Source of the DNA: a virus
Taxonomy: Duplodnaviria; Caudoviricetes
Length of the DNA: 59,996 nt
Virus record (IMG/VR): IMGVR_UViG_3300020042_007026
Location: 1-59,996 of that record
Reading direction: 5' to 3' (one strand)
In this document: one piece after another, positions 33,514-42,644 of the stretch
How the letters are laid out: each line of letters begins with the position of its first letter
Numbering within the stretch: the first letter of the stretch is position 1
The notes under the pieces: model-generated
The model's input: only the letters and a program-made list of their open reading frames with translations
What the model was told of the DNA's origin: nothing
Database searches by the model: none
Position numbers and translations under genes: made by a program

Positions 33514-34899
33514 ATGGCAAGATTATTTAAAACTGGCATAACTGCTGAAGGTGACATCTCCACTAGTGGAAAAGTTAGCGTAACTGCATCTGCTGGTGAC
33601 GAGGGTGGAGAAATCTTCCTCAATAAATCAGCAACTAACACCACACTTACTGGCGGCGTAACAATAGACGTTTGGCAGAACAGACTTCGTTTCTTTGAGC
33701 AGGGCGGAGATGCCAGAGGTTTTTACATAGACATCTCCACTGGAGGCAACTCTGTAGGAACTAACCTAGTTGGTGGAGGCGGCGGTACGACTACCAATGC
33801 GCTTACTATTGCCTCTCCTTTAACTGGCACTTCATTTAACGGGTCATCTGCGGTGACTATTGGTCTAGGCACCTCTCTTCCGTCAGTTACTAGTGTTAAC
33901 GGGACTACTATACCTTCTGCCGCTACGCTGCTTACATCCACCTCTACCTCCTCTGCCCTAACTACTGTAGGAACTATTGGTACAGGTGTTTGGAACGGCA
34001 CTGTAATAAACCCTACCTACGGCGGTACTGGTGTAAACAACGGTTCAAAGACAATCACTCTTAGCGGTAATACTACTATTGGTTCTAGCACCCACACTGT
34101 AGCATTTGTTACTTCAGGAAACACAAGCGTAACACTTCCGACAACTGGTACTCTTGCAATTAGCTCTGGCTCTCAAACATTTACTGGGGTGCAGTCAATG
34201 ACCTCTCCTGCAATAACTACAAGCATTACTACGCCTTCTACAAGTTTTGACCTAGTAAACACTACTGCTACAACAATTAATTTTGGTGGTGCGGCTTCAA
34301 CACTCAACATAGGTAAAACTGGGCTTGGAAACACTGTCACAATTGGTAACGCTCTATCCGTAACTGGAAGGTTACTGGTTGGAGGAGGAAACGGAAGCAC
34401 GGGGCTAACTGTAGAAGATACAGGAGAACTTTTAACTGACGGGGCTATATCTGCAACTGGGACAGTGACTGGCGGAAACCTTACCACTGGTGGAACACTA
34501 ACCAGAACTACTTTAAACGGTGGAGGCACAACAGGGGCGTCTATTAACAACACCGGTCAGTTTATTAGAACCTCATCATCCCAAAGATATAAGCAAGACA
34601 TTCAAGACGCTGAGTTTGTGTATGAGGATGTTTTGGCTTTAGCACCAAAGACCTTTAGGCTAAAAGATGAGGCACAAGAAGACCCTAATTCTAGAGTTTA
34701 CGGCGGACTTATTGCTGAAGAGGTTGACCAACTTGAAAGCCTTAAAGTCTTTGTAAACTATCAGACTCAGGAAGACGGCTCAAAAATTCCAGACGGTATT
34801 GCCTACGGAGAAATGGTGGCGGCATTGATATCAGCAATTAAACATCAAGACGCTAGAATCCAAGCCTTAGAAGCCCAAGTTCAGGCTCTATCTGAGTAA
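33514..34899 (+). CDS. tail fibre with C-terminal intramolecular chaperone (peptidase S74)
   Basis: TSSQRYKQDI...GLIAEEV...LISAIKHQDARIQALEAQV. Confidence 0.9.
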   Translation: MARLFKTGITAEGDISTSGKVSVTASAGDEGGEIFLNKSATNTTLTGGVTIDVWQNRLRFFEQGGDARGFYIDISTGGNSVGTNLVGGGGGTTTNALTIASPLTGTSFNGSSAVTIGLGTSLPSVTSVNGTTIPSAATLLTSTSTSSALTTVGTIGTGVWNGTVINPTYGGTGVNNGSKTITLSGNTTIGSSTHTVAFVTSGNTSVTLPTTGTLAISSGSQTFTGVQSMTSPAITTSITTPSTSFDLVNTTATTINFGGAASTLNIGKTGLGNTVTIGNALSVTGRLLVGGGNGSTGLTVEDTGELLTDGAISATGTVTGGNLTTGGTLTRTTLNGGGTTGASINNTGQFIRTSSSQRYKQDIQDAEFVYEDVLALAPKTFRLKDEAQEDPNSRVYGGLIAEEVDQLESLKVFVNYQTQEDGSKIPDGIAYGEMVAALISAIKHQDARIQALEAQVQALSE

Positions 34900-34936
34900 G
34901 TAAAGCCCTATAATTAGTTAGGGTTTAGGAGAACAC

Positions 34937-35539
34937 ATGAGAAGCTCAGACATACAAGGTCGATTTAATATCGACTATGAGGCTAAGTCTATGTATGAGG
35001 GTGTGGCTGAGGATCTTGGCGGCACAGTAGGTACTGAAGTCAGCTGGTTTAGATGGCAAGACTACTATTTAGCTGAAAACTACACAGACATTGTGGATGA
35101 CATTTATGACGTCTCTAGCTCTACTCCTACTAAGGGTCGTAGATGGATGCTTCCATTTGATTTCCCAGTAGTCATGGCGCAGTTGATCCGTTCTGCTAAC
35201 GTTATGAACGAGCGTGGTTTTTATGTATCAGATACTCTAAGGCTCGTATTGAACGTAGGAGAAGTCCAACGACTATTACCAAGCCTTTTAAGCAACCCTA
35301 GCAACCATATTAAAGATAGAATTGTCTACAGGGATCAAGTATTTGTTCCTACTCGTGTTTTACCTCGCGGTGCCTTTGGCTCTCGCTTCTCTGTTGTCAC
35401 TATTGATTGCAACCAGATGAACGCAGAAGAGCTAGTAAATGACCCGCAGTTTCAAAAGTATGCGTCTGTTTCTAAAGCAGACTTTAGGACAATTGGCTAT
35501 GGCTCTTCAAGCTATGGCTCTGATCTTTACGGAGAGTAA
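34937..35539 (+). CDS. head-closure/stopper-like structural protein
   Basis: Position; DRIVYRDQVFVP beta-barrel; C-terminal YG repeats. Confidence 0.55.
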   Translation: MRSSDIQGRFNIDYEAKSMYEGVAEDLGGTVGTEVSWFRWQDYYLAENYTDIVDDIYDVSSSTPTKGRRWMLPFDFPVVMAQLIRSANVMNERGFYVSDTLRLVLNVGEVQRLLPSLLSNPSNHIKDRIVYRDQVFVPTRVLPRGAFGSRFSVVTIDCNQMNAEELVNDPQFQKYASVSKADFRTIGYGSSSYGSDLYGE

Positions 35540-35541
35540 AT

Positions 35542-35757
35542 ATGCCACTAGTTAAACCTACAATAGGACAAACCTCTTGGGGTACTACCCTAAACACTGC
35601 CTTAGACTATCTAGACACTAAGGTAGGACCTTGGGTTGCTGTTCCGGCAACAGCAACTTCAACAGGCACTGCAGGTCAGGTAGCATACGCAGCTGGGTTT
35701 TTGTACGTGTGCGTGGCAACTAATACCTGGAGACGTGTTGCTTTATCTAGTTGGTAA
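35542..35757 (+). CDS. mini fibre/decoration protein
   Basis: PTIGQTSWGTTLNTALD plus VPATATSTGTAGQVAY..FLYVCVATNTWRRVAL. Confidence 0.6.
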   Translation: MPLVKPTIGQTSWGTTLNTALDYLDTKVGPWVAVPATATSTGTAGQVAYAAGFLYVCVATNTWRRVALSSW

Positions 35758-35778
35758 TGACTAAATTTAGGAAGTATA

Positions 35779-35967
35779 ATGCAAAAAGTAAAAACACATA
35801 AAGTAAAAAAGACCGTAAATGGTAAAGGAAGCAAGCCTGTAAAGGACTATCACAAGGGTACGATCTCTAAAGGGGAGCATGACGTTGCCTCTAAAAATGT
35901 ACACAAAAAGTATGGCACTACTGGTGATGGTCCTAAAAAACAAACAAGAGTACGAGTAAAGCACTAA
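35779..35967 (+). CDS. small Lys-rich protein
   Basis: ORF, AGGA SD. Confidence 0.65.
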   Translation: MQKVKTHKVKKTVNGKGSKPVKDYHKGTISKGEHDVASKNVHKKYGTTGDGPKKQTRVRVKH

Positions 35968-36113
35968 TGCCTTTTAAGTCTAAAGCTCAACGTAGGTGGA
36001 TGTACGCCACACATCCTGGTATGGCTCAGGAATGGTCCAAGGAGACCGCAGGAAGCTCTAGGCTGCCCGAAAAGGTTAGTAGTCGTAAAAAGACTAGCAC
36101 AAGGAAGAAGTAG
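35967..36113 (+). CDS. small basic protein (MPFKSKAQRRWMYA type, 48 aa)
   Basis: Hand-translated; coupled start. Confidence 0.75.
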   Translation: MPFKSKAQRRWMYATHPGMAQEWSKETAGSSRLPEKVSSRKKTSTRKK

Positions 36114-36118
36114 CCTGT

Positions 36119-36361
36119 ATGCCCCATTTAACAAAGATTAACCCTAAATTACCAGAGTTCCATGAAACTGGTGGAGGAGTACAAAAGATCATGAGTCACT
36201 TAGATGAACTACACCAAAAAGAGCTGGCTGCAATGGAAGCTAAGCACGCATATGAAATGCACTCATTGAAAAAGAAGCACGCTGATCAGAAGTCGGCATC
36301 AATGGCTAAACTTATAAGACCATCTAAAGCTAAAGTAAGAACTAATAAAAGTGCGCGTTAG
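36119..36361 (+). CDS. small basic His-rich protein
   Basis: ORF. Confidence 0.6.
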   Translation: MPHLTKINPKLPEFHETGGGVQKIMSHLDELHQKELAAMEAKHAYEMHSLKKKHADQKSASMAKLIRPSKAKVRTNKSAR

Positions 36362-36575
36362 AACTAAAGACGGTGTTGGTCACGAAGTCAAGAAGAAGAA
36401 GTCTAATAAAGGCATCGGTAAAAAAGGCGACATTATAGTTGACCATACTGCTAAGAAAACAGGCAAGTATGATAAGATGAATTTAACTAAGGTTGCTAAA
36501 TCTAAGACCGTTGAGCAGGGTGCAAAGGCTACTCGTAGATGGCATAAAGACAACCCCCAGAAAAAGGAGAAGTAA
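36351..36575 (+). CDS. small Lys-rich protein
   Basis: KGDIIVDH...YDKMNLTK..KSKTVEQG...WH. Confidence 0.65.
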   Translation: MRVRTKDGVGHEVKKKKSNKGIGKKGDIIVDHTAKKTGKYDKMNLTKVAKSKTVEQGAKATRRWHKDNPQKKEK

Positions 36576-36976
36576 TGGCTAGTGAGCGATACGTACCAGA
36601 GGGTGGTTGGAGCCCTAATCTTACAAAAAGAGACAGGCGTCAGGTCGAAAAAAGATACGCTAAGAACATGAGAAAAAATGTTCTTCCTATTGCTGCAGGA
36701 ACTGCAGGTATTATGAGAGGTGTTGCACGTTCTGCTGAAGTAAGCTTAGACGAGCAGGGAATTAGAGAAACTCAAGGAGTTGCTAATTCAGCTGATGCAA
36801 ACCTAACTAACATCTTAAACAAAAGCCAACTAGGTCCATTTTCTCGTATGAAAGCAAACGCTGTTGTTAAAAGAAATGTTAGATCTGGTCTAAAAGAGGG
36901 TGGCGCTCTTGGTAGATCGTTGTTTAAGAGCCCTAAAGAAATGAAGAAAGCAATTAAAAAGGATCTTGGTAGATAA
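36575..36976 (+). CDS. basic hypothetical protein
   Basis: AAGGAG SD, coupled. Confidence 0.65.
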   Translation: MASERYVPEGGWSPNLTKRDRRQVEKRYAKNMRKNVLPIAAGTAGIMRGVARSAEVSLDEQGIRETQGVANSADANLTNILNKSQLGPFSRMKANAVVKRNVRSGLKEGGALGRSLFKSPKEMKKAIKKDLGR

Positions 36977-37035
36977 TGCCAGAATGTAAATGCGGTAATT
37001 GCAAGTGCGGAAAGAAGGACCCAAGTGGCAAGTAA
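36976..37035 (+). CDS. 19-aa Cys-rich micropeptide
   Basis: MPECKCGNCKCGKKDPSGK; TAATG coupling. Confidence 0.45.
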   Translation: MPECKCGNCKCGKKDPSGK

Positions 37036-37186
37036 GAAGTCTGACCCTACACCTATCTACACTAAGATGGTTAAGGCTAAAGGGTACGATCCTCTAAAGG
37101 GAAAACCAGCTGGCACTGCCAGTAAATCAGTTCCAGCAAGGCTTGTGCGTGATGCTAAAGCCTCTAAACAGAAAAAAGGTAAGTAA
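37025..37186 (+). CDS. small Lys-rich protein (53 aa)
   Basis: Hand-translated from GTG with AAGGA SD; stop overlaps the next ATG. Confidence 0.6.
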   Translation: MASKKSDPTPIYTKMVKAKGYDPLKGKPAGTASKSVPARLVRDAKASKQKKGK

Positions 37187-37416
37187 TGGCAACAACAAAA
37201 AAGTGTAGCTGTGGCAAGTGTGCCAGTTGCAAGAAGTCTTGGACAGACTCAAAAGCTGACAAGAAGCAAGACAAGAAGCTCGAAAAGGGCATGACCCCAG
37301 CTCAGAAAAAGAAGTTTGAAGCTGCGGACAAGAAGATGGACGCTAAGAAGCCATCTAAAAAAGAAGATGTTAAAATGGACAAGGCATTAGCCAGAAAGAT
37401 CAAAGGTAAGAAGTAA
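37186..37416 (+). CDS. Lys-rich protein with N-terminal CxCxxCxxC
   Basis: KKCSCGKCASCKK...DKKQDKKL...FEAADKKMD. Confidence 0.7.
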   Translation: MATTKKCSCGKCASCKKSWTDSKADKKQDKKLEKGMTPAQKKKFEAADKKMDAKKPSKKEDVKMDKALARKIKGKK

Positions 37417-37619
37417 TGGCAAATAGAGCAGGTAAGAAACTAATCAAAGCAACCGCTAGAACAATCGCTAAAGGAGCGGCTTCAGGAAAGTCGTCGTTTA
37501 CTCCGGCTGATGTAAGTGGTGCGTTTAAAGCAGGAACTGACATGGGTGTTTCTAGAAGAGCAATGGGCAGAGCCGTTACTAAAGGCGTAAAACAGGGTAA
37601 CAAGGCTAAAAAGAAGTAA
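37416..37619 (+). CDS. small basic protein
   Basis: Coupled ORF. Confidence 0.65.
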   Translation: MANRAGKKLIKATARTIAKGAASGKSSFTPADVSGAFKAGTDMGVSRRAMGRAVTKGVKQGNKAKKK

Positions 37620-37645
37620 GTACCTCATACTGTAAAGGAAATATA

Positions 37646-37888
37646 ATGGCTAAAGATCCAATGAAACAAGTTGCTAAACAAGGCAAAAAAGAAGCTGTAA
37701 AACAACTAAAAAGAGCGGGCACTGTTCGGGGTGCGGCTGACATTTGGGCTGGTAACAACCCAGCAAGGCGGTCTAGTTCTACAATAAAGAAGGCAGATGA
37801 CAAGGTAAATACTGCTAAGGCTAATGCAACAGGTGCTGGGCTTAGTGCTAGAAAAATCAACAGGATTGTTAAAAAAACCTCTAGATAA
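37646..37888 (+). CDS. small basic protein
   Basis: AAAGGA SD. Confidence 0.65.
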   Translation: MAKDPMKQVAKQGKKEAVKQLKRAGTVRGAADIWAGNNPARRSSSTIKKADDKVNTAKANATGAGLSARKINRIVKKTSR

Positions 37889-37912
37889 CCTAGTCTAACC
37901 TAATTAAAGTTT

Positions 37913-37939
37913 ACCCTGCCAAAAGCAGGGTTTTCTTTT
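37913..37939 (+). terminator. intrinsic terminator
   Basis: ACCCTGC-CAAAA-GCAGGGT plus TTTCTTTT. Confidence 0.75.
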
Positions 37940-38014
37940 ATTCTTAAGATGTAGTAATTCGTGCGAACTACTACCTATTTATTTAGAGCCTGCGCCTCGA
38001 TTGGGGATTTGCAA

Positions 38015-38209
38015 ATGTCTGCGAAAAACGTTAAACCTTGGTGGGATAGAGTTAATAACTACTACCTATTTGATGAACGAAAACAGTTCATCCGAGGTGC
38101 TGTTGGGTTTAGACCTAACAACCCTCAAGAGGCTATGATGGCTCAAATACTTGCCGGATACGTTAACGCCGAGTTTGCACAACCTAAATCGCTAGGCAAG
38201 AGGAAATGA
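38015..38209 (+). CDS. hypothetical protein
   Basis: Track 37961; ATG at 38015 with GGGGA SD. Confidence 0.6.
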   Translation: MSAKNVKPWWDRVNNYYLFDERKQFIRGAVGFRPNNPQEAMMAQILAGYVNAEFAQPKSLGKRK

Positions 38210-38517
38210 AGCACGTCTTAAAACACTTCCCACAAGCTGCGGCAGAAGCTGCTCGCTCTATGACGTACGATCTACGTAATAGTGCTATTGAGCATGGCTG
38301 GAATCCTGAGATTGCTAACAGTTTGCGAGTTACCCATACCGGATCTGCTTTTAAAGTACACGTTCCTAAAAAGCACAGAAAGACAGTGCACGAGTTAGAG
38401 TATGGCACGCAGTCTGCACGACCTACTGCTGTTTTACGTAAGTTTAACAACCGACCTGAGTATATGGAAAAAGCTTTTATGAAAAGCATGTCTAGATTAA
38501 CGGGAGGTAAACTATGA
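38206..38517 (+). CDS. tail completion/neck protein candidate
   Basis: ELEYGT...P.AVLR motif; position. Confidence 0.55.
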   Translation: MKHVLKHFPQAAAEAARSMTYDLRNSAIEHGWNPEIANSLRVTHTGSAFKVHVPKKHRKTVHELEYGTQSARPTAVLRKFNNRPEYMEKAFMKSMSRLTGGKL

Positions 38518-39197
38518 CGTTTTTGCTTTCAGAAGATAAAGCACTTAGAGAGCTACTGCAGGGAATTACAGTCCATGATCAAAAATCAGACGGTAACGAC
38601 GTTCCTCGTCAGGTTGGTGTTTGGTTTGGTCAACCTGATCAAGAGCTTCGTGCTCAAGCTTACCCGTATATCACAATTGATATGATCGATGTTGTTAGAG
38701 AAGTGGACCGTGAAGTTCGTGGTTTAGGTTCTCCTGATTACTTAATTCCTGTTGGATTTGACGAGGAAAACTTGAGCTATGTTATTCCTAAGCCAATTCC
38801 AGTAAGTATTGATTATCAAATTACTACGTATGCTCGTCATCCTCGTCATGATCGAGAGCTTATGACTCAGATTTTATTTAATAAATTACCATTTAGATTT
38901 GGGTGGTTAGAAGTACTAGAGAAGACTGAAACTGTTGGAGAGGAAACTACCAACACCAGTACTCTAAGACGTCTAGACGTCCTTAACGTTTCTAAAAGAG
39001 ACGTAACCGAACAAGCAAAACGTTTGTTTGTAAATGCAATAACTGTGCGTGTTTCAAGTGAAATTGCTCAAGAAACTGCATCCACATTATACAAAGTACA
39101 AGAAGTCAACATCCAAGGTCCTGACACTACTACCGGTAGATCAGATAATCCTGATTATTGGTCTTTTGGTTCGATCACTATTACGCCCCCAAACTAA
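38514..39197 (+). CDS. tail terminator-like protein
   Basis: YPYITID, PIPVSIDYQITTY; precedes the sheath. Confidence 0.7.
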   Translation: MTFLLSEDKALRELLQGITVHDQKSDGNDVPRQVGVWFGQPDQELRAQAYPYITIDMIDVVREVDREVRGLGSPDYLIPVGFDEENLSYVIPKPIPVSIDYQITTYARHPRHDRELMTQILFNKLPFRFGWLEVLEKTETVGEETTNTSTLRRLDVLNVSKRDVTEQAKRLFVNAITVRVSSEIAQETASTLYKVQEVNIQGPDTTTGRSDNPDYWSFGSITITPPN

Positions 39198-39231
39198 ACT
39201 ACACAGAACAACTACCCTATAGGAGACAAAT

Positions 39232-41001
39232 ATGACGTATTCACGTCCTGGCGTTTACATTAGTGAACGCGACCTACCAACACCAGTAACCAGTGTTGGA
39301 ACTGCAAACGCTGCAGGTGCATGTATCGGTTACTTTGCAAAAGGAACAGAAACAGTAACAAGAGTTTCATCTTGGTATGAATTTGCTTCCATATATGGCG
39401 ACGTTAGCCAGCTGTACCCAGCAACTTACGGAGTCAATCAGTTCTTCCAAAATGGAGGAAACGAGCTGTATGTGCGTAGAGTCACCTATAACGCTGCTGT
39501 ATCAGCAGTAAACGTAGTGTCTCAAACATCAGGTACTAATACAACAAAGTTTGTATCAAAATACAAGGGTACTGACGCTAACTTACTTCGCGTTAAGCTA
39601 ACCCCAATTGTTGCAACTAGACTTGCAGTAACTGCAATTGAGTACGCAAGCGGTACAGTTACAGTAACTGCTGCAAACAACCTAGCTGTTGGAGATATTG
39701 TCAGTATTACTGGGGCGACTTTTGCTGGGTACAACACTACTGTTGTTGAGCTTCCTGTAGCTACTGCTTCAGCGACAGGGTTTACTGTTTCTGCAACTGT
39801 GTCTGGTAGCCCTGCTACTTCTACTGCTACTGCAGTTGTGTACAGCCACTACTGGGATCTTGTTGTTGCCAAAGAAACTGTAGCTAATGAATCTCCTGAT
39901 GTGTTTGGTAATGATATTGTTTTAGAAACATACAATAACGTTCTTTTTAACAACAAACTATCAAGTGACTACATTGGTACTATTCTAACTCTTCGTTCTG
40001 AGTATATAAAAGTAGATGAAACTTCTGGTACTTTTGATGCAACTAAGAGACCTGCTTACGCTAATCCTTTAGTATTTACTAGCGGTAGTGATGGTTCTGC
40101 TCCTGATGCAGCTGAGTACACAGGCAGTGCTAATGCTGTTCTAAAAGAGTTTGATGCTCTAGAACGCCCATTAGTAATGTTTGCTCCTGAACTAGGTAGC
40201 CAGATTACGTCTACTTTTACTGAAGCTGATGTACAAACCGTACAGAATGCAATGTCAAGTTGGGCTGAGTCTAACGGTAAAGCGTTTGTAGTGCTAGATA
40301 CCCAAGGAGGAAAAACTGTTAGTCAGGCTATTACATACGGCAACACTTTAACAGCATCTAGCTATTCAGCTCTTTACTACCCTAACTACTACGTGTCAGA
40401 CTCAAAAGCACAGAGTGCAAATGCCCTACGCCTTGTAGGTCCTTCTAGTGCTATTGCAGGATTAATGATGGCTACTGATCGTGCTGTTGGTCCACACAAG
40501 TCTGCTGCTGGTATCTCTGCTAAAGTAGCTAATGCGGTAGCTCTTGAGCTTGCATTTACCTCAACTGATCTTGACAACCTAAACACTGCTACTAACCCAG
40601 TCAATGCTATCCGCAATGTTCCTGGTGCAGGAATTGTAGTAATGGGCGGTCGTACACTAAAGTCAAGCAGCAGCATTAGCAAGTACATTAGCACTCGCCG
40701 TTCAATGTTCTACATTAAGCGTCAGATGGAAGTGTTGACTCAGTTTGCTTTATTTGAAAATAACAGCGAAGAACTATGGTCACGTATCCGTACTACTCTA
40801 ACCGCCTTCTTGAATGAGTACCGCAATCAAGGCGGTCTTCGTGGAGCAAATCCAGATCAGTCTTTCTACATTAAAGTTGATGCAGAAAATAACAATGCTA
40901 CCAGTATTGCTGCCGGTGTTGTTAACGTTGAAGTCGGTGTAGCGTTAGAACGCCCAGCTGAGTTCGTTGTAATTACCCTCAGTCAAACCACCACTATTTA
41001 A
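39232..41001 (+). CDS. tail sheath protein
   Basis: YSRPGVYISE, YYP, GGRTL, KYISTRR, ALERPAEFVVI. Confidence 0.95.
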   Translation: MTYSRPGVYISERDLPTPVTSVGTANAAGACIGYFAKGTETVTRVSSWYEFASIYGDVSQLYPATYGVNQFFQNGGNELYVRRVTYNAAVSAVNVVSQTSGTNTTKFVSKYKGTDANLLRVKLTPIVATRLAVTAIEYASGTVTVTAANNLAVGDIVSITGATFAGYNTTVVELPVATASATGFTVSATVSGSPATSTATAVVYSHYWDLVVAKETVANESPDVFGNDIVLETYNNVLFNNKLSSDYIGTILTLRSEYIKVDETSGTFDATKRPAYANPLVFTSGSDGSAPDAAEYTGSANAVLKEFDALERPLVMFAPELGSQITSTFTEADVQTVQNAMSSWAESNGKAFVVLDTQGGKTVSQAITYGNTLTASSYSALYYPNYYVSDSKAQSANALRLVGPSSAIAGLMMATDRAVGPHKSAAGISAKVANAVALELAFTSTDLDNLNTATNPVNAIRNVPGAGIVVMGGRTLKSSSSISKYISTRRSMFYIKRQMEVLTQFALFENNSEELWSRIRTTLTAFLNEYRNQGGLRGANPDQSFYIKVDAENNNATSIAAGVVNVEVGVALERPAEFVVITLSQTTTI

Positions 41002-41015
41002 TTTAAGGAGTTAAA

Positions 41016-41639
41016 TTGGCAACTATTATCAACAACCGTTCTACCCTAGAGACGGATCCAATCAGAAACTTTAGGTTCCTGGTTACTTTTAAACCACTGA
41101 ACGTCCCTAACGCCACTTGGCTTACTAATGCCCCTAAAAAGGTAACAGTAGGGTTTACATCAGTATCTGGTCTATCAGTAACCACTGACAGTATCCCTTA
41201 CCGTGAAGGTGGCTACAACACCACTGTTCACCAGATTCCTGGTCAGAGTTCTTTTAGCCCGCTAACGCTACAGCGTGGTGTGGTTCTAGGAACTAGACAG
41301 CACTGGGATTGGATGCGTCAGCTTTTCGCTACTGTTCAAGGTGGCTCAGGTAGTGCAGACCAAACTACTAATTTCCGTTGCGACATTGAAATTGCGGTGC
41401 TATCACACCCGATTCCAGGTTCTGGTGCTAACTCAAGTCGTACTGGCAACAGCACTAGCTATGATGATCACGTAGCAATGAGATTCCAGGTATACAATGC
41501 TTGGCCAACCTCAGTAGCTTACTCAGATCTAAATGCTGGTGACAACGCAATTCTAGTAGAACAGATCAGCCTTGTACACGAGGGCTTTGATGTTAACTGG
41601 GCACCTGATCTAAAAACAGCTGCTCCAACATTCAACTAA
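41016..41639 (+). CDS. tail tube protein (T4 gp19-like)
   Basis: DPIRNFRFLV, GFTSVSGL, YREGG, LTLQRG, NAWPT..YSDLNA, LVHEG. Confidence 0.95.
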   Translation: MATIINNRSTLETDPIRNFRFLVTFKPLNVPNATWLTNAPKKVTVGFTSVSGLSVTTDSIPYREGGYNTTVHQIPGQSSFSPLTLQRGVVLGTRQHWDWMRQLFATVQGGSGSADQTTNFRCDIEIAVLSHPIPGSGANSSRTGNSTSYDDHVAMRFQVYNAWPTSVAYSDLNAGDNAILVEQISLVHEGFDVNWAPDLKTAAPTFN

Positions 41640-41665
41640 CATAATTAAACAAAGGAATATAATAC

Positions 41666-42484
41666 GTGACTGAATTAAAGACAATTAATGCGGGTACAAG
41701 CCCGGACCTTGCTAACTCTCTTGTTAATGAGGCACTAGCTGAACCTGAAAAAGTTGTAGAACCTGCAAATATAATCCCTCCATTCAACAATGTAGTAGTG
41801 CTCCCATCTGGTCATATTGGGTCAGATGGGAAGCTACTTACAACTGCTGAGGTGAGAGAACTTACTGGTGCTGATGAAGAAGCCCTATCTAAAGTAGATA
41901 CTTTAAGTAGGCTGTGGTCAGTGGTTCTTAGTAGAGGGGTCGTAAGAATTGGTAACGATCAGGCTACTGAACAAGTACTAGACTCTTTGCTAATTGGTGA
42001 TAGAGAAGCTCTAATTCTTGGTGTTTACAAAGCTACTTTTGGACCTACTTCAAATCTAGATGCGTATTGCCAGGGCTGTAAAGAATTTAAGCAAGTTGCG
42101 ATGGATTTAAATCAAGACATCAAAACAAAGGTGCTTCTAAACCCTGCTACAGACCGTACTTTTGAAGTGTATGGGCGTAAGAACAAGTACCTTGTGTCTT
42201 TACCTACTGGTTCTGCTCAAAAGGAATTAGGTGCAGATCCAAATAGAACTGACGCAGAACTAAAAAGCTTGCTTTTAGAAAACTGCGTTTTAGAAATAAA
42301 TGATCAACCAGTAATTAGTAAAACTCAAATCAAAGGTATGGGAATTGCTGATAGAACTACTGTAGTTGATGAGATTGCTAATCGTGCTCCTGGACCACAA
42401 TTTAACGACTTTGAAATAGACTGCCCAACCTGCGGCGGAAAGGTGGTAGTTCCGGTAAGTCTCGGAACTATCTTTCGATACTAG
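41666..42484 (+). CDS. tail assembly chaperone (T4 gp26-like, with Zn ribbons)
   Basis: EVRELTGADEE, LLIGDRE, CQGC and CPTC; between tube and tape measure. Confidence 0.75.
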   Translation: MTELKTINAGTSPDLANSLVNEALAEPEKVVEPANIIPPFNNVVVLPSGHIGSDGKLLTTAEVRELTGADEEALSKVDTLSRLWSVVLSRGVVRIGNDQATEQVLDSLLIGDREALILGVYKATFGPTSNLDAYCQGCKEFKQVAMDLNQDIKTKVLLNPATDRTFEVYGRKNKYLVSLPTGSAQKELGADPNRTDAELKSLLLENCVLEINDQPVISKTQIKGMGIADRTTVVDEIANRAPGPQFNDFEIDCPTCGGKVVVPVSLGTIFRY

Positions 42485-42644
42485 TAAACTATTTACATAT
42501 AAAGTATTGATGACCCAATGGAAGACTTTAGTAGACGCGTATCCTGGGTGGTCTCTAACTGAAGTCAGATCATTGACTCCTAGAGAAAGACTTAATTGGC
42601 TTGAGATTGCACGAGAGTACGGAAAGGTAGTGAAGAATGTCTGA
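42474..42644 (+). CDS. chaperone C-terminal extension (probably reached by +1 frameshift; alternative ATG 42510)
   Basis: Hand-translated ...MTQWKTLVDAYPGWSLTEVRSLTPRERLNWL; no SD before 42510. Confidence 0.6.
   Translation, partial: FDTSKLFTYKVLMTQWKTLVDAYPGWSLTEVRSLTPRERLNWLEIAREYGKVVKNV

Noticed and set aside
42433-42442. CGGAAAG as a lambda-type -1 slippery site
   Set aside because: Not a proper XXXYYYZ heptamer, and the -1 frame ends at 42510 without reaching the conserved-looking ORF.
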